Virus record (IMG/VR): IMGVR_UViG_3300032086_002413
Span: 3,430-67,429 of that record
Length of the DNA: 64,000 nt
Strand: one strand, 5' to 3'
Source: a virus
Positions within the stretch are counted from its first letter, which is position 1; each line of letters begins with the position of its first letter. The notes beneath the pieces were generated by a model. That model was not told the origin of the DNA and ran no database searches. It was given only the letters and a program-made list of their open reading frames with translations. A program made the translations under genes and the position numbers. This document shows positions 40,308 to 47,973 of the stretch, one piece after another.

Positions 40308-42521
40308 CTAAGATAACTGTTTTTTCAGTTCATCTATTTGATTTTGCTGTTCTTTTACTGTTTCTATTAATAAACCGATAACACCATTGTAATCAACAGC
40401 AAGGTGTGATGATGTATCTTTTAGTTCTTTAACTTCTGATACTAGTGAAGGCATTACTTTTTGTACATCTTGCGCTATAATACCTCCAGATTCTTTTCCA
40501 TTTCTAGCCCAATTAAAAGTAACACCATCTAGTTGTTTAATTTTATTTATTGGATCTTTAATTACTTGTATGTTATTTTTAAGATTTCTATCAGAAGCAA
40601 TAGTAGTAGAGAAAGCTAGTACATCACCATCAACGTGTAACGTACCATCTGCTAAAAGTCTCATTTCATTACTATTGTTTACATACCAATCAATTTTTGT
40701 ATTACCAGAAGTGTCCCAGTCAGTTCTAGTGTTAGCAGCGTTTGGAAGTGCCGAAAGTGTAACATCTGTAGCTAACTTAGAAAGCGTAACATTAGCATCT
40801 AATATTTTAGCAGTGGTAACAGCGTTTGTACCTATTTTATTAGCTGTTACAGCACCTGTACCAATTTTTCCTTCTAATACAGCACCTGTATTTAGCTGAT
40901 TACTACCTACAGCATTATCCGCGATATTGTAAGTAACTATAGCATCTTCAGCTATATTACCCGTGGAACCACCCGTAACGGTTCCATCGGCAATCATAAC
41001 ATTAGTAATTAAGTTATTAGCTATATGATTTGCATCTAATGCTCTATACTCTAAAGCAGAACCACCCGCGTTAACTGTTAAAAGCTGATGTGCAGAACCA
41101 ATACTAGAAGGCGTGTCTGTTAAACCCGTAAATGTTGTAGCACCAACCGTATCAGTATCAACCCACTTTAATCCTTTATAACTGGTAGATCCGTCATTAT
41201 TTACATCAACAGCTAAAACCTTACCAGGCGTTCCGCTGTTAACTGTAGTGAAATTATTTGTATTACTAACTTTAAATGCAGTAAACTCCATACCATTTTG
41301 TGCAGAGTTTATAACCATAATATCACCAGCGTTTGCATAAGAACTTGGTGTATCAGATAGAGACAGCATGTTAGCAGCTCCACCACCGGCCGCAGTCCAT
41401 TCTAAATTCAAACTAGAGTTTAAAGATAAAACTTGGCCAGAAACACCTGTAGACGCAGAAAGCTTACCAGCGGTAATAGCACTGTTATCTATATCACCTG
41501 TACCAACAGTTGTTTTAGTAGCTAAAGCACCAGCATCTGTTACATGTGCCATTTCATGCGTATGATTAGCCATAGCTATTCTAGCAGCATTACGATCTGT
41601 TACAGTAGTCTGTTTATCTAAAAATGCTCCTTGTCCAAACTGAAAAGTAACATCAGTACCGCCACCACCTAAGCTAAATGTAACAACTTCGTTATTTCTA
41701 CTTACACCATCTAGAAAATAATTACTTGCTGAATTAGCAGCCCAAGTAAATCCAGTAGTACCGTCAGAAGTTAATACATAACCAGATGTAGGATTATTAG
41801 ATACATTTAGTTTTTCCTCTGTAATTGCTTCAGGTTTTACTTTTAATGAAGTAACAGCATTTGTGTTTATCTCATTAGTACCTACAGCATCTAAGTAAGC
41901 TAGACTTTTTAATGACGATGTATCAATATCTGATAAAGATAATGTAGAGGCAAGTTGACTGATTATAGAATCAACGCTTTCAAAAGCTGCAGAACCAAAA
42001 GTTAGTGATTGATTATTTGTTCCGTTTACAGAAAAAGTAACAACATTACCATTTCTAGTAACACCATCTAAAAAGTAATTAGTGTCAGCAATATTAGCAG
42101 CGTCTACCCAAGAAAATGATCCGTCTCCATCAGATGACAATAGCTGTCCAGAGGTACCGTTGCCTGATACATTTAAATAATAAGCTGTTATATCGTTTTC
42201 AGAAACTACAGCCGCTGTATTGAATGTGGCATCAGAAGCCATAAAACTACTAGCCGCAGAAAACGCCGCTGTGCCTAAAGTTAATTCTTGATTATCTGTG
42301 CCATCTACTACAAACGTAATAACGCCTGAGGTTTGATCAGCTGTTATAGAGCTTAAGTAATAATTAGTGTCGACAACTCCATCTGATGATAGAGCTATAA
42401 AGTCTATCAAAGATCCAACTGAGTAGTTTTTAGTAACACTACTATTTTCTGCATCTGATCCTATTAATATATCATCTCTTGATAAAACTAGGTCTCTATC
42501 GTATGTGGATATTCTTGCCAT
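40308..42521 (-). CDS. Second tail fibre with peptidase S74 chaperone
   Basis: SDRNLKNNI...LDGVTFNW...GIIAQDVQKV...VDYNG; AVT-x-x-KI fibre repeats; N-terminus resembles 31569-36185. Confidence 0.8.
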   Translation of the reverse strand: MARISTYDRDLVLSRDDILIGSDAENSSVTKNYSVGSLIDFIALSSDGVVDTNYYLSSITADQTSGVITFVVDGTDNQELTLGTAAFSAASSFMASDATFNTAAVVSENDITAYYLNVSGNGTSGQLLSSDGDGSFSWVDAANIADTNYFLDGVTRNGNVVTFSVNGTNNQSLTFGSAAFESVDSIISQLASTLSLSDIDTSSLKSLAYLDAVGTNEINTNAVTSLKVKPEAITEEKLNVSNNPTSGYVLTSDGTTGFTWAANSASNYFLDGVSRNNEVVTFSLGGGGTDVTFQFGQGAFLDKQTTVTDRNAARIAMANHTHEMAHVTDAGALATKTTVGTGDIDNSAITAGKLSASTGVSGQVLSLNSSLNLEWTAAGGGAANMLSLSDTPSSYANAGDIMVINSAQNGMEFTAFKVSNTNNFTTVNSGTPGKVLAVDVNNDGSTSYKGLKWVDTDTVGATTFTGLTDTPSSIGSAHQLLTVNAGGSALEYRALDANHIANNLITNVMIADGTVTGGSTGNIAEDAIVTYNIADNAVGSNQLNTGAVLEGKIGTGAVTANKIGTNAVTTAKILDANVTLSKLATDVTLSALPNAANTRTDWDTSGNTKIDWYVNNSNEMRLLADGTLHVDGDVLAFSTTIASDRNLKNNIQVIKDPINKIKQLDGVTFNWARNGKESGGIIAQDVQKVMPSLVSEVKELKDTSSHLAVDYNGVIGLLIETVKEQQNQIDELKKQLS

Positions 42522-42766
42522 TACTTGTTTTTAGTGTTGTTAATTCTAGTTCCTTTACCAAAGCCGCTGCGGTTGCGTGATGCTGACACAAAGCTGTTAG
42601 TGGTGTGATCATAATCCATACCATCTACATTGCGCCCAGAATTTTTCGCCGCTCGTCGTTTTCGTTGATTCTCAGCTTTCATTTTACGACGCCGAGGTGT
42701 TTTGGCATACGCCAAATCTCTTTTTTTCTTAGCAGCAGCAGCTTTTGGTGATAGTTTATAAGACAT
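42521..42766 (-). CDS. Small basic protein, HNH-like
   Basis: Arg/Lys-rich; GMDYDH...SASRNR resembles a degenerate HNH motif. Confidence 0.45.
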   Translation of the reverse strand: MSYKLSPKAAAAKKKRDLAYAKTPRRRKMKAENQRKRRAAKNSGRNVDGMDYDHTTNSFVSASRNRSGFGKGTRINNTKNK

Positions 42767-43485
42767 TATTTCTTACAACCGTATTTCTTAATAGGCTTTG
42801 AACCGTACTTTTTAAGAGCAGCTTTTTTAAGTCCTTTTACGCCTTTCTTTTTTACTGGAGTAATAGCACTTGCTGTTTTTACTTTTCTACGTGGAGCCTT
42901 TTCCTTTAAATCCTTAGATATATCAGTCTTTTTAATTTTAGCAGTTTGAACACCTTTTGCTTTTGGAGCTTCGCCTCTTTCTTTTAACGATGCTTCTACA
43001 ACTACTTTAGATCCGTCGGCTAACTTTCTATACTGAGTTCTACCGCCTTTTGTTTTAGTACCAGCAGTATCAGATCCCATCATAGTATATTTACCTTTTT
43101 GGCCTTTTACACGTTGATATGTCTTTTTAGCCATACGTCCTGCTCCTTGACGATCAGACATTGTAGTACCGCGTTGTGCTTTACTTCCTTTTTGTACAGT
43201 TTGAGTTACTTGTTCAAAGTCTCTTGCTCCTGTGTTCTTGCTATCGCGTCTACGTACTGTAGATTCTTTTTCTGAGATAACAACATCTTTACCACCTCTA
43301 CCTACTTCTTTTCGGTTTTTATCTGTGATTTTTTTAACAGGTGCGTCTTTAATGCCTTTTTCAATAGCATCAGCTTGAGCTGTTTTACCAGACTCTCTCA
43401 TAGACTTGATCATACCTTGTTGACCAGCGGTTAGTGTTTTCATAAGAGCAGGTACTCCCTTATGCTTCATTTTAAAGTTTGACAT
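42766..43485 (-). CDS. Highly basic Lys-rich protein (possible DNA-condensing virion protein)
   Basis: 239 aa, very K/R-rich, low complexity. Confidence 0.55.
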   Translation of the reverse strand: MSNFKMKHKGVPALMKTLTAGQQGMIKSMRESGKTAQADAIEKGIKDAPVKKITDKNRKEVGRGGKDVVISEKESTVRRRDSKNTGARDFEQVTQTVQKGSKAQRGTTMSDRQGAGRMAKKTYQRVKGQKGKYTMMGSDTAGTKTKGGRTQYRKLADGSKVVVEASLKERGEAPKAKGVQTAKIKKTDISKDLKEKAPRRKVKTASAITPVKKKGVKGLKKAALKKYGSKPIKKYGCKK

Positions 43486-43490
43486 GTTTT

Positions 43491-43685
43491 CTATTTATTT
43501 ACGGGTTTTAACATTTGTGTATATAACAGTTGTGCTAGTAGCACTTCGTTTGGACTGTCTAAACAGACGTCTTTAGTTATTTCTTTAAACTCACTTATTC
43601 TCTTTTGTCGCTGTGCGACGAGATTTTTTTGACTCGTGCAACTCATCATCGTTGCTACAAGTACAAAGCTTAGCATTGTTTTCAT
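43491..43685 (-). CDS. Small lipoprotein
   Basis: Start MKTMLSFVLVATMMSC at 43685: basic residue, hydrophobic core and lipobox Cys. Confidence 0.55.
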   Translation of the reverse strand: MKTMLSFVLVATMMSCTSQKNLVAQRQKRISEFKEITKDVCLDSPNEVLLAQLLYTQMLKPVNK

Positions 43686-43809
43686 AGTGTGTGTTTGTTT
43701 GTGCGAGATGTATCTCAATCATCGCGTTCGTTAGTTTGTCGATACTTTTGCGTATCTCCTTTAACTCATTTCTGAGTCCGTTTGATTTAATTTTAAGTTC
43801 TTTACTCAT
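43591..43809 (-). CDS. Hypothetical coiled-coil protein, first gene of late arm
   Basis: 72 aa, starts 17 nt after the TAnnTTTG box. Confidence 0.5.
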   Translation of the reverse strand: MSKELKIKSNGLRNELKEIRKSIDKLTNAMIEIHLAQTNTHYENNAKLCTCSNDDELHESKKSRRTATKENK

Positions 43810-43826
43810 ATTAAAGTTATTACATT

Positions 43827-43856
43827 CAAATATAGTTATTTAAGATCAAGTGACAA
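43827..43856 (-). promoter_or_regulatory. Bacteroidota/Flavobacterium housekeeping-sigma promoter for the late arm
   Basis: Minus strand TTG(43856-43854)-N19-TATATTTG(43834-43827), matching the -33 TTG / -7 TAnnTTTG consensus. Confidence 0.65.
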
Positions 43857-43893
43857 TAGCCTTTTATTATATATATCCTAGGCCTTATGTCAC
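43850..43893. repeat. Palindromic element copy 1 (GTGACA...TGTCAC)
   Basis: GTGACAATAGCC-AT-rich core-GGCCTTATGTCAC; similar copy at 45184. Confidence 0.55.
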
Positions 43894-44076
43894 CCTTTTT
43901 TATATTAGATATTTTGGGGGATTGTATTGCACTATACGAGGCAGGTAAGGCTACCCTAGGAAAACTCAACTTTTTAGCCCAGCCCCCACTTGCTCTCACA
44001 CAGGCTAGAAAACACAAGATGCCTGGCCTGGCCCCACAACCCTATGTAATTTGTACTGATACGGGTATGTATAGCA

Positions 44077-44105
44077 TACGAGGCAGTTTCATTTTAATTG
44101 TGATA
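44077..44105 (+). promoter_or_regulatory. Phage bipartite promoter copy 1
   Basis: TACGA-N18-GTGATA(TTAT), preceded by TGTATAGCA. Confidence 0.75.
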
Positions 44106-44151
44106 TTATACTTGATTATTAACTTAAATTTATAACTTAAAATTTATTATT

Positions 44152-44400
44152 ATGAGTGCAAAAACTAAAGAAGTAAAAGTAGTGAAAAGATTTGTGTTAT
44201 CTAAGAATAACATCAAAGACAAAAACCTAGTGTTATCATTCACTACAGCCAAAGGCGAAACAGTAGAGTATTCACCTTCAAAAGTGTACGAACAGTTAAA
44301 AGATAAGTTCGAACCTATGCCCTGCTGGAACAAGTATGGTAACTACACTAACAGACTTAATCTACCAAAGTTTGTACGTGAGCTTGACACACTCGTCTAA
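44152..44400 (+). CDS. First early protein, paralogue A
   Basis: 82 aa; own promoter and terminator; near-identical to 44537-44782. Confidence 0.85.
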   Translation: MSAKTKEVKVVKRFVLSKNNIKDKNLVLSFTTAKGETVEYSPSKVYEQLKDKFEPMPCWNKYGNYTNRLNLPKFVRELDTLV

Positions 44401-44410
44401 GCAATCAATC

Positions 44411-44439
44411 AAGGGCACCTTCGGGTGTCCTTTTTTTTT
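44411..44439 (+). terminator. Intrinsic terminator with cUUCGg loop
   Basis: AAGGGCACC-TTCG-GGTGTCCTT plus T-run. Confidence 0.9.
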
Positions 44440-44463
44440 GACTATATACTATGTGTATAGCAA

Positions 44464-44492
44464 TACGAGGCACTTTGCTTTTAGTTGTGATA
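44464..44492 (+). promoter_or_regulatory. Phage bipartite promoter copy 2
   Basis: TACGA-N18-GTGATA(TTAT), preceded by TGTATAGCA. Confidence 0.75.
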
Positions 44493-44536
44493 TTATATTC
44501 GATTATTAACTTATATATTAACTTAAATTTATTATT

Positions 44537-44782
44537 ATGTCAAAAAGTAAAGAAGTAAAAGTAGTAAAGCGATTTGTACTAAGTAAAAACAACATCAAAG
44601 ACAAGTCACTTGTATTAGAGTACACAAACAAGAAAGGTGAAACATTTCAATACAAACCTTCAAAGGTGTATGAGCAACTAAAGGATAAGTTCGAAGCAAT
44701 GCCTTGTTGGGAAAAGTATGGTAATTACACTAACTCAGTTAACTTACCAAAGTTTGTTAGAGAATTAAAAACAATAGTTTAA
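44537..44782 (+). CDS. First early protein, paralogue B
   Basis: 81 aa, about 63 of 77 aligned residues identical to paralogue A (manual count). Confidence 0.85.
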   Translation: MSKSKEVKVVKRFVLSKNNIKDKSLVLEYTNKKGETFQYKPSKVYEQLKDKFEAMPCWEKYGNYTNSVNLPKFVRELKTIV

Positions 44783-44847
44783 CTTAAACCAAATGACCTA
44801 AGCAAGTCAATAAACTGCTTTATTAATTAACCTTAAAATTAAACATT

Positions 44848-45009
44848 ATGCATTTAAAATTCGAGTACGAGATTTGGTTTTTTGAAGGTCAAGAGCCTTT
44901 ATATATAACCACAGAGAAAAACACATTACAAGAAATTATAAAATCCTTAGATGAACTTGATTTACCATCTGAAGATATAGAATCTATTAAAACCACAAAA
45001 CTAAAATAA
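44848..45009 (+). CDS. Small acidic early protein (53 aa)
   Basis: Read manually: MHLKFEYEIWFFEGQEPLYI...; followed by terminator. Confidence 0.6.
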   Translation: MHLKFEYEIWFFEGQEPLYITTEKNTLQEIIKSLDELDLPSEDIESIKTTKLK

Positions 45010-45027
45010 ATTAAATATTTCACTAAC

Positions 45028-45058
45028 AAAGGCTGCCTATATGGTGGCCTTTTTTTTT
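45028..45058 (+). terminator. Intrinsic terminator
   Basis: AAAGGCTGCC-TATAT-GGTGGCCTTT plus T-run. Confidence 0.8.
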
Positions 45059-45112
45059 AAATGTATAGCAAGGTGAGGTAAAGAAGAGTCGCTACGGCTA
45101 AGTGTATAGCAA

Positions 45113-45142
45113 TACGAAGCACTTCGATATGACTTAGTGATA
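45113..45142 (+). promoter_or_regulatory. Phage bipartite promoter copy 3
   Basis: TACGA-N19-GTGATA(TTAT), preceded by TGTATAGCA. Confidence 0.75.
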
Positions 45143-45183
45143 TTATATATGAATTTAAAACACAGAGTATAACATGAAAAACT

Positions 45184-45228
45184 ATGACATTAGCCCCTTA
45201 CTATATTAATCTTAGTACCTATTGTCAC
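45184..45228. repeat. Palindromic element copy 2 (TGACA...TGTCA)
   Basis: ATGACATTAGCC-AT-rich core-CTATTGTCAC, similar to 43850-43893. Confidence 0.5.
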
Positions 45229-45313
45229 ACTTTTTATAAATACACTGACTTTGAGGTATTGTATTATACCCTAACCATATTTTTAACCAATAAACTATTA
45301 ATCCACCTTAACT

Positions 45314-45517
45314 ATGGAAATTACTAGACTAAAACAAGAGATCGGAGAAGTAACTATAGAACACTTCCAAACATTAGAAGACAACATTGAAGATGGTGTT
45401 CAGACAGGTACTAACTATGTAATGATAGAAGATGCCTATGGTAACCAAATAACCATTGAAGATGGCATGGTAAAACATGTTACACTTAACAATGAAGAAT
45501 ATCATAACCACAACTAA
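45314..45517 (+). CDS. Small acidic early protein
   Basis: 67 aa ORF with A-rich start context. Confidence 0.65.
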   Translation: MEITRLKQEIGEVTIEHFQTLEDNIEDGVQTGTNYVMIEDAYGNQITIEDGMVKHVTLNNEEYHNHN

Positions 45518-45529
45518 CTTTAGACATTA

Positions 45530-45559
45530 TTCGATTCACTTTTAAACAACCTAGTGATA
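45530..45559 (+). promoter_or_regulatory. Phage bipartite promoter copy 4
   Basis: TTCGA-N19-GTGATA(TT). Confidence 0.7.
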
Positions 45560-45595
45560 TTAACTACAAATAATTTAACCACTAAATAAAATAAC

Positions 45596-45790
45596 ATGTC
45601 ACACTTAAAAACTATTATGACTATCGAGTACAATGCAAGCACAAATGTTTACATCTGCTCAGACGGCACTTTCACAGGTGAGTACGATTCTTTACAAGAA
45701 ATATTCGACATCGATGACTCAGATTACTTATCAAACCTCGAAAAAGAATGCCAAGAATTTAGACAAGAATATAATAACCAAAACAACTAA
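45596..45790 (+). CDS. Small acidic early protein
   Basis: 64 aa, D/E-rich. Confidence 0.65.
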   Translation: MSHLKTIMTIEYNASTNVYICSDGTFTGEYDSLQEIFDIDDSDYLSNLEKECQEFRQEYNNQNN

Positions 45791-45801
45791 AAACTACAAC
45801 T

Positions 45802-46011
45802 ATGAAGATTAGATTTTCCTCAGTAACCAAACGCCCTTACATTAAAATTAACAATACTAGACATTACGGTTTTCGCATCGATCTTTTACCAAAAAGGTTT
45901 GCAGATGTAAACTCAAAAGAGCCAATAACATCTTGGTTCAACCACAAAGGCTTTACATTTATGTCAGAGCAAAACTGGTTAGACATGTTCGGTAATATAA
46001 CAATACATTAA
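45802..46011 (+). CDS. Hypothetical early protein
   Basis: 69 aa ORF in operon. Confidence 0.65.
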   Translation: MKIRFSSVTKRPYIKINNTRHYGFRIDLLPKRFADVNSKEPITSWFNHKGFTFMSEQNWLDMFGNITIH

Positions 46012-46012
46012 A

Positions 46013-46192
46013 ATGGAACAGCAGTTACATAACACAGCTAGATACTACATGATGGTAATGGCTCAACAGTACCCAAAAGTAGATCCTTACAAGTATTCAC
46101 TAGATGAGTTCATTAATGAGTACACATTAAAACTAACAATGCAGGATCTTTATTTAGGTCAAAGTATATTAAACTTATTCGAAAAGCTATGA
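46013..46192 (+). CDS. Hypothetical early protein (59 aa)
   Basis: Read manually: MEQQLHNTARYY...; stop overlaps next start (ATGA). Confidence 0.6.
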   Translation: MEQQLHNTARYYMMVMAQQYPKVDPYKYSLDEFINEYTLKLTMQDLYLGQSILNLFEKL

Positions 46193-46305
46193 AAAAAGAA
46201 GATATGAATTTAGATTTCACTTATGAGCAATTAAGAGAATGGAAAGAAGGTGATTTAATTCACTTAATACTAGAGCTACAAGATATAATTATAAAAGAGC
46301 TATAA
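46189..46305 (+). CDS. Hypothetical early protein (38 aa)
   Basis: Read manually: MKKEDMNLDFTYEQLREW... Confidence 0.5.
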   Translation: MKKEDMNLDFTYEQLREWKEGDLIHLILELQDIIIKEL

Positions 46306-46308
46306 TAT

Positions 46309-46446
46309 ATGGACAAGCATTTATTAATACTAGCACTTGAAACACTACTCGAACAGTTAGAGTGTAGTGATAGAGACACAGAAACTCTCGAAAGACAAGC
46401 AAGAGTTCAAGAACAGATCGACATTATTCGAATCGCTTTAAAATAA
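46309..46446 (+). CDS. Hypothetical early protein (45 aa)
   Basis: Read manually: MDKHLLILALETLLEQ... Confidence 0.5.
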   Translation: MDKHLLILALETLLEQLECSDRDTETLERQARVQEQIDIIRIALK

Positions 46447-46456
46447 CCCAGTGATA
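46427..46456 (+). promoter_or_regulatory. Phage bipartite promoter copy 5
   Basis: TTCGA-N19-GTGATA(TTAT). Confidence 0.7.
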
Positions 46457-46475
46457 TTATTATAAATTAATTATT

Positions 46476-46688
46476 ATGAGTATATGTAAATGTGGTAGTA
46501 GTATACCAAAAGGTCGTACAGATCTCGGTTATAAAGTATGTGTCAATTGCAGTGATGTAGAAGTTTACGGCTGTGTGCCTGTAACTAATCACAAAACAGG
46601 CAATGCTATACACGTTTTGCCGCGATCACAAGCAGCAGTAATTAACAAGGCATTTCGCCGCAAAGGTTATGGCACATGTCTAAGATAA
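46476..46688 (+). CDS. Zinc-finger early protein (DksA/TraR-like C4 pattern)
   Basis: CKCG-x-x-IP-x-x-R...CVNC. Confidence 0.55.
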   Translation: MSICKCGSSIPKGRTDLGYKVCVNCSDVEVYGCVPVTNHKTGNAIHVLPRSQAAVINKAFRRKGYGTCLR

Positions 46689-46882
46689 ATAAATACCATT
46701 GGAATAAAGATACGTTAGATTACTTCCATGATTTGTACAACGAGTCAGAAGATAAATTCTACAATAAGATAATAGAGTTTGTTAAATACGAGTGTGATCT
46801 TGAAGATGGCGAAACATACGAAGATCTTATGGTAGACTTAATAGATCAAGCAAAAAATTATAAACAGGATAGTTTAAAATAG
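46676..46882 (+). CDS. Small acidic early protein
   Basis: 68 aa, D/E/Y-rich. Confidence 0.6.
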   Translation: MSKINKYHWNKDTLDYFHDLYNESEDKFYNKIIEFVKYECDLEDGETYEDLMVDLIDQAKNYKQDSLK

Positions 46883-46982
46883 GTAAAACACTTGTCATCG
46901 ATTGAGCACGAGCACTCAAGTAGCGCTTACGAGTGTGAGAGGTTAGATGACAGAGATGCAGGTTCGAGGCCTGCTCCTGAAG
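46863..46982 (+). ncRNA. tRNA-like RNA 1 with expanded anticodon arm
   Basis: CAGGA/TCCTG acceptor, TA, D-arm GTTT/AAAC with GG in loop, stem TGTCATC/GATGACA enclosing about 46 nt, T-arm GCAGG-TTCGAGG-CCTGC. Confidence 0.6.
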
Positions 46983-47001
46983 AAATAGTTTGAAGACATA
47001 A

Positions 47002-47030
47002 ATCGAGGTGCACTTATTAAAGTAGTGATA
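47002..47030 (+). promoter_or_regulatory. Phage bipartite promoter copy 6
   Basis: ATCGA-N18-GTGATA, immediately upstream of tRNA-like RNA 2. Confidence 0.55.
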
Positions 47031-47056
47031 ACACGGCGTAGTTCTGATAACATAAC

Positions 47057-47180
47057 AAAGCGAGTGCTGTCGTGGCGACCGGAGTGGGTTTTTTAGACTG
47101 CATCAGTTAATGGTGAGTCTTAATTTTTGACACATACGTTAGGTTAATAAACAGAGGTTCGAATCCTCGCTCGCTTTCAA
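47057..47180 (+). ncRNA. tRNA-like RNA 2
   Basis: AAAGCGAG/CTCGCTTT terminal stem, T-arm GAGG-TTCGAAT-CCTC, internal hairpin AGACT...AGTCT; no canonical anticodon arm. Confidence 0.6.
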
Positions 47181-47194
47181 CTATATAAACTATA

Positions 47195-47224
47195 TACGAT
47201 ACAAGTATATAAAAGTCAGTGATA
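47195..47224 (+). promoter_or_regulatory. Phage bipartite promoter copy 7
   Basis: TACGA-N19-GTGATA(TT). Confidence 0.75.
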
Positions 47225-47245
47225 TTAATTTTAAACAATAACAAC

Positions 47246-47371
47246 ATGAATCATTTAACTATTTACACATCAGATTTTATTACAGGTCTTGCTTATGCAA
47301 TACCATTTACTTTGTGCATTGTCGCTTTTGCTATACACCGCGCAAATAAACTTTTAAAAGAATTATCATGA
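47246..47371 (+). CDS. Small membrane peptide (41 aa)
   Basis: Read manually: MNHLTIYTSDFITGLAYAIPFTLCIVAFAIHRANK... Confidence 0.55.
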   Translation: MNHLTIYTSDFITGLAYAIPFTLCIVAFAIHRANKLLKELS

Positions 47372-47589
47372 AGATTATACTAGAAGCAACAGACATTACA
47401 CAAGATTTTATTATTGATCTTTACAAAGCTAAAGTACGTATAATAGATGCTGTAGAATCACCTAACGGTTGGATCGACATTACACTAGAAGGTAGCGAGA
47501 TAAATTTATTACAAGTATATGCTATTCACTGGTGTGAGCCAGCAGTTAAAAACTGCGTAGAAGACTTTAAACATCAAATATTTAAATAA
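47368..47589 (+). CDS. Hypothetical early protein
   Basis: 73 aa, ATGA-coupled to upstream ORF. Confidence 0.65.
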   Translation: MKIILEATDITQDFIIDLYKAKVRIIDAVESPNGWIDITLEGSEINLLQVYAIHWCEPAVKNCVEDFKHQIFK

Positions 47590-47593
47590 ACAT

Positions 47594-47749
47594 ATGGCAA
47601 CAACAAAAGAACAAGCAGCTTGGCTGCATCAGACCTTAGACATATTCGCTGAAGAGTTTGGCGAGTTTGGCTACAATACTTGTGATGAAAATTTGCAGAA
47701 GTATATATTACAAGAAATAATTGAAAAAGAATTAATAACCCTTAAATAA
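47594..47749 (+). CDS. Hypothetical early protein (51 aa)
   Basis: Read manually: MATTKEQAAWLHQTLDIFAEEFGEFGY... Confidence 0.55.
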   Translation: MATTKEQAAWLHQTLDIFAEEFGEFGYNTCDENLQKYILQEIIEKELITLK

Positions 47750-47757
47750 CAACAACT

Positions 47758-47973
47758 ATGACTAAAATGACAAACTTACAATTTATCGAAGAGCTATGTA
47801 AGCTACTAGGTAATGACAATTTTTTCTACCGTGACTTATATGATCAAGATGATCTATTTGAAATGCAAGACAGTGTAGCTAAACTACTAGTAGAACAAAC
47901 TAATGCAGGTCTTGGCATTGCAAAATACATGGTAAAACAATTTCCTAATGTATTTAAAACTGAAGAAGTATGA
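47758..47973 (+). CDS. Hypothetical early protein
   Basis: 71 aa ORF. Confidence 0.65.
   Translation: MTKMTNLQFIEELCKLLGNDNFFYRDLYDQDDLFEMQDSVAKLLVEQTNAGLGIAKYMVKQFPNVFKTEEV

Noticed and set aside
1203-41565. Plus-strand ORFs in the structural arm (e.g. 1971-2426, 4742-5197, 34453-34971, 38984-39505)
   Set aside because: Antisense shadows of long minus-strand genes, with no motifs and poor starts
24545-42521. Diversity-generating retroelement or invertible tail fibre cassette
   Set aside because: No reverse transcriptase, recombinase or near-identical nucleotide repeat pair noticed; repeats are diverged at protein level
1-43809. Stop-codon reassignment (TAG or TGA recoding) as in some crAss-like phages
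   Set aside because: Late genes up to 2591 aa are intact in the standard code and tile the strand without gaps
43826-44333. ORFs 43826-44017, 43887-44135 and 44130-44333 at the strand switch
   Set aside because: They overlap promoters, palindromes or the opposite-strand gene and have no protein-like features
46348-46372. Extra promoter copy CTCGA...GTGATA
   Set aside because: Spacer is 14 nt and the site lies inside a coding region
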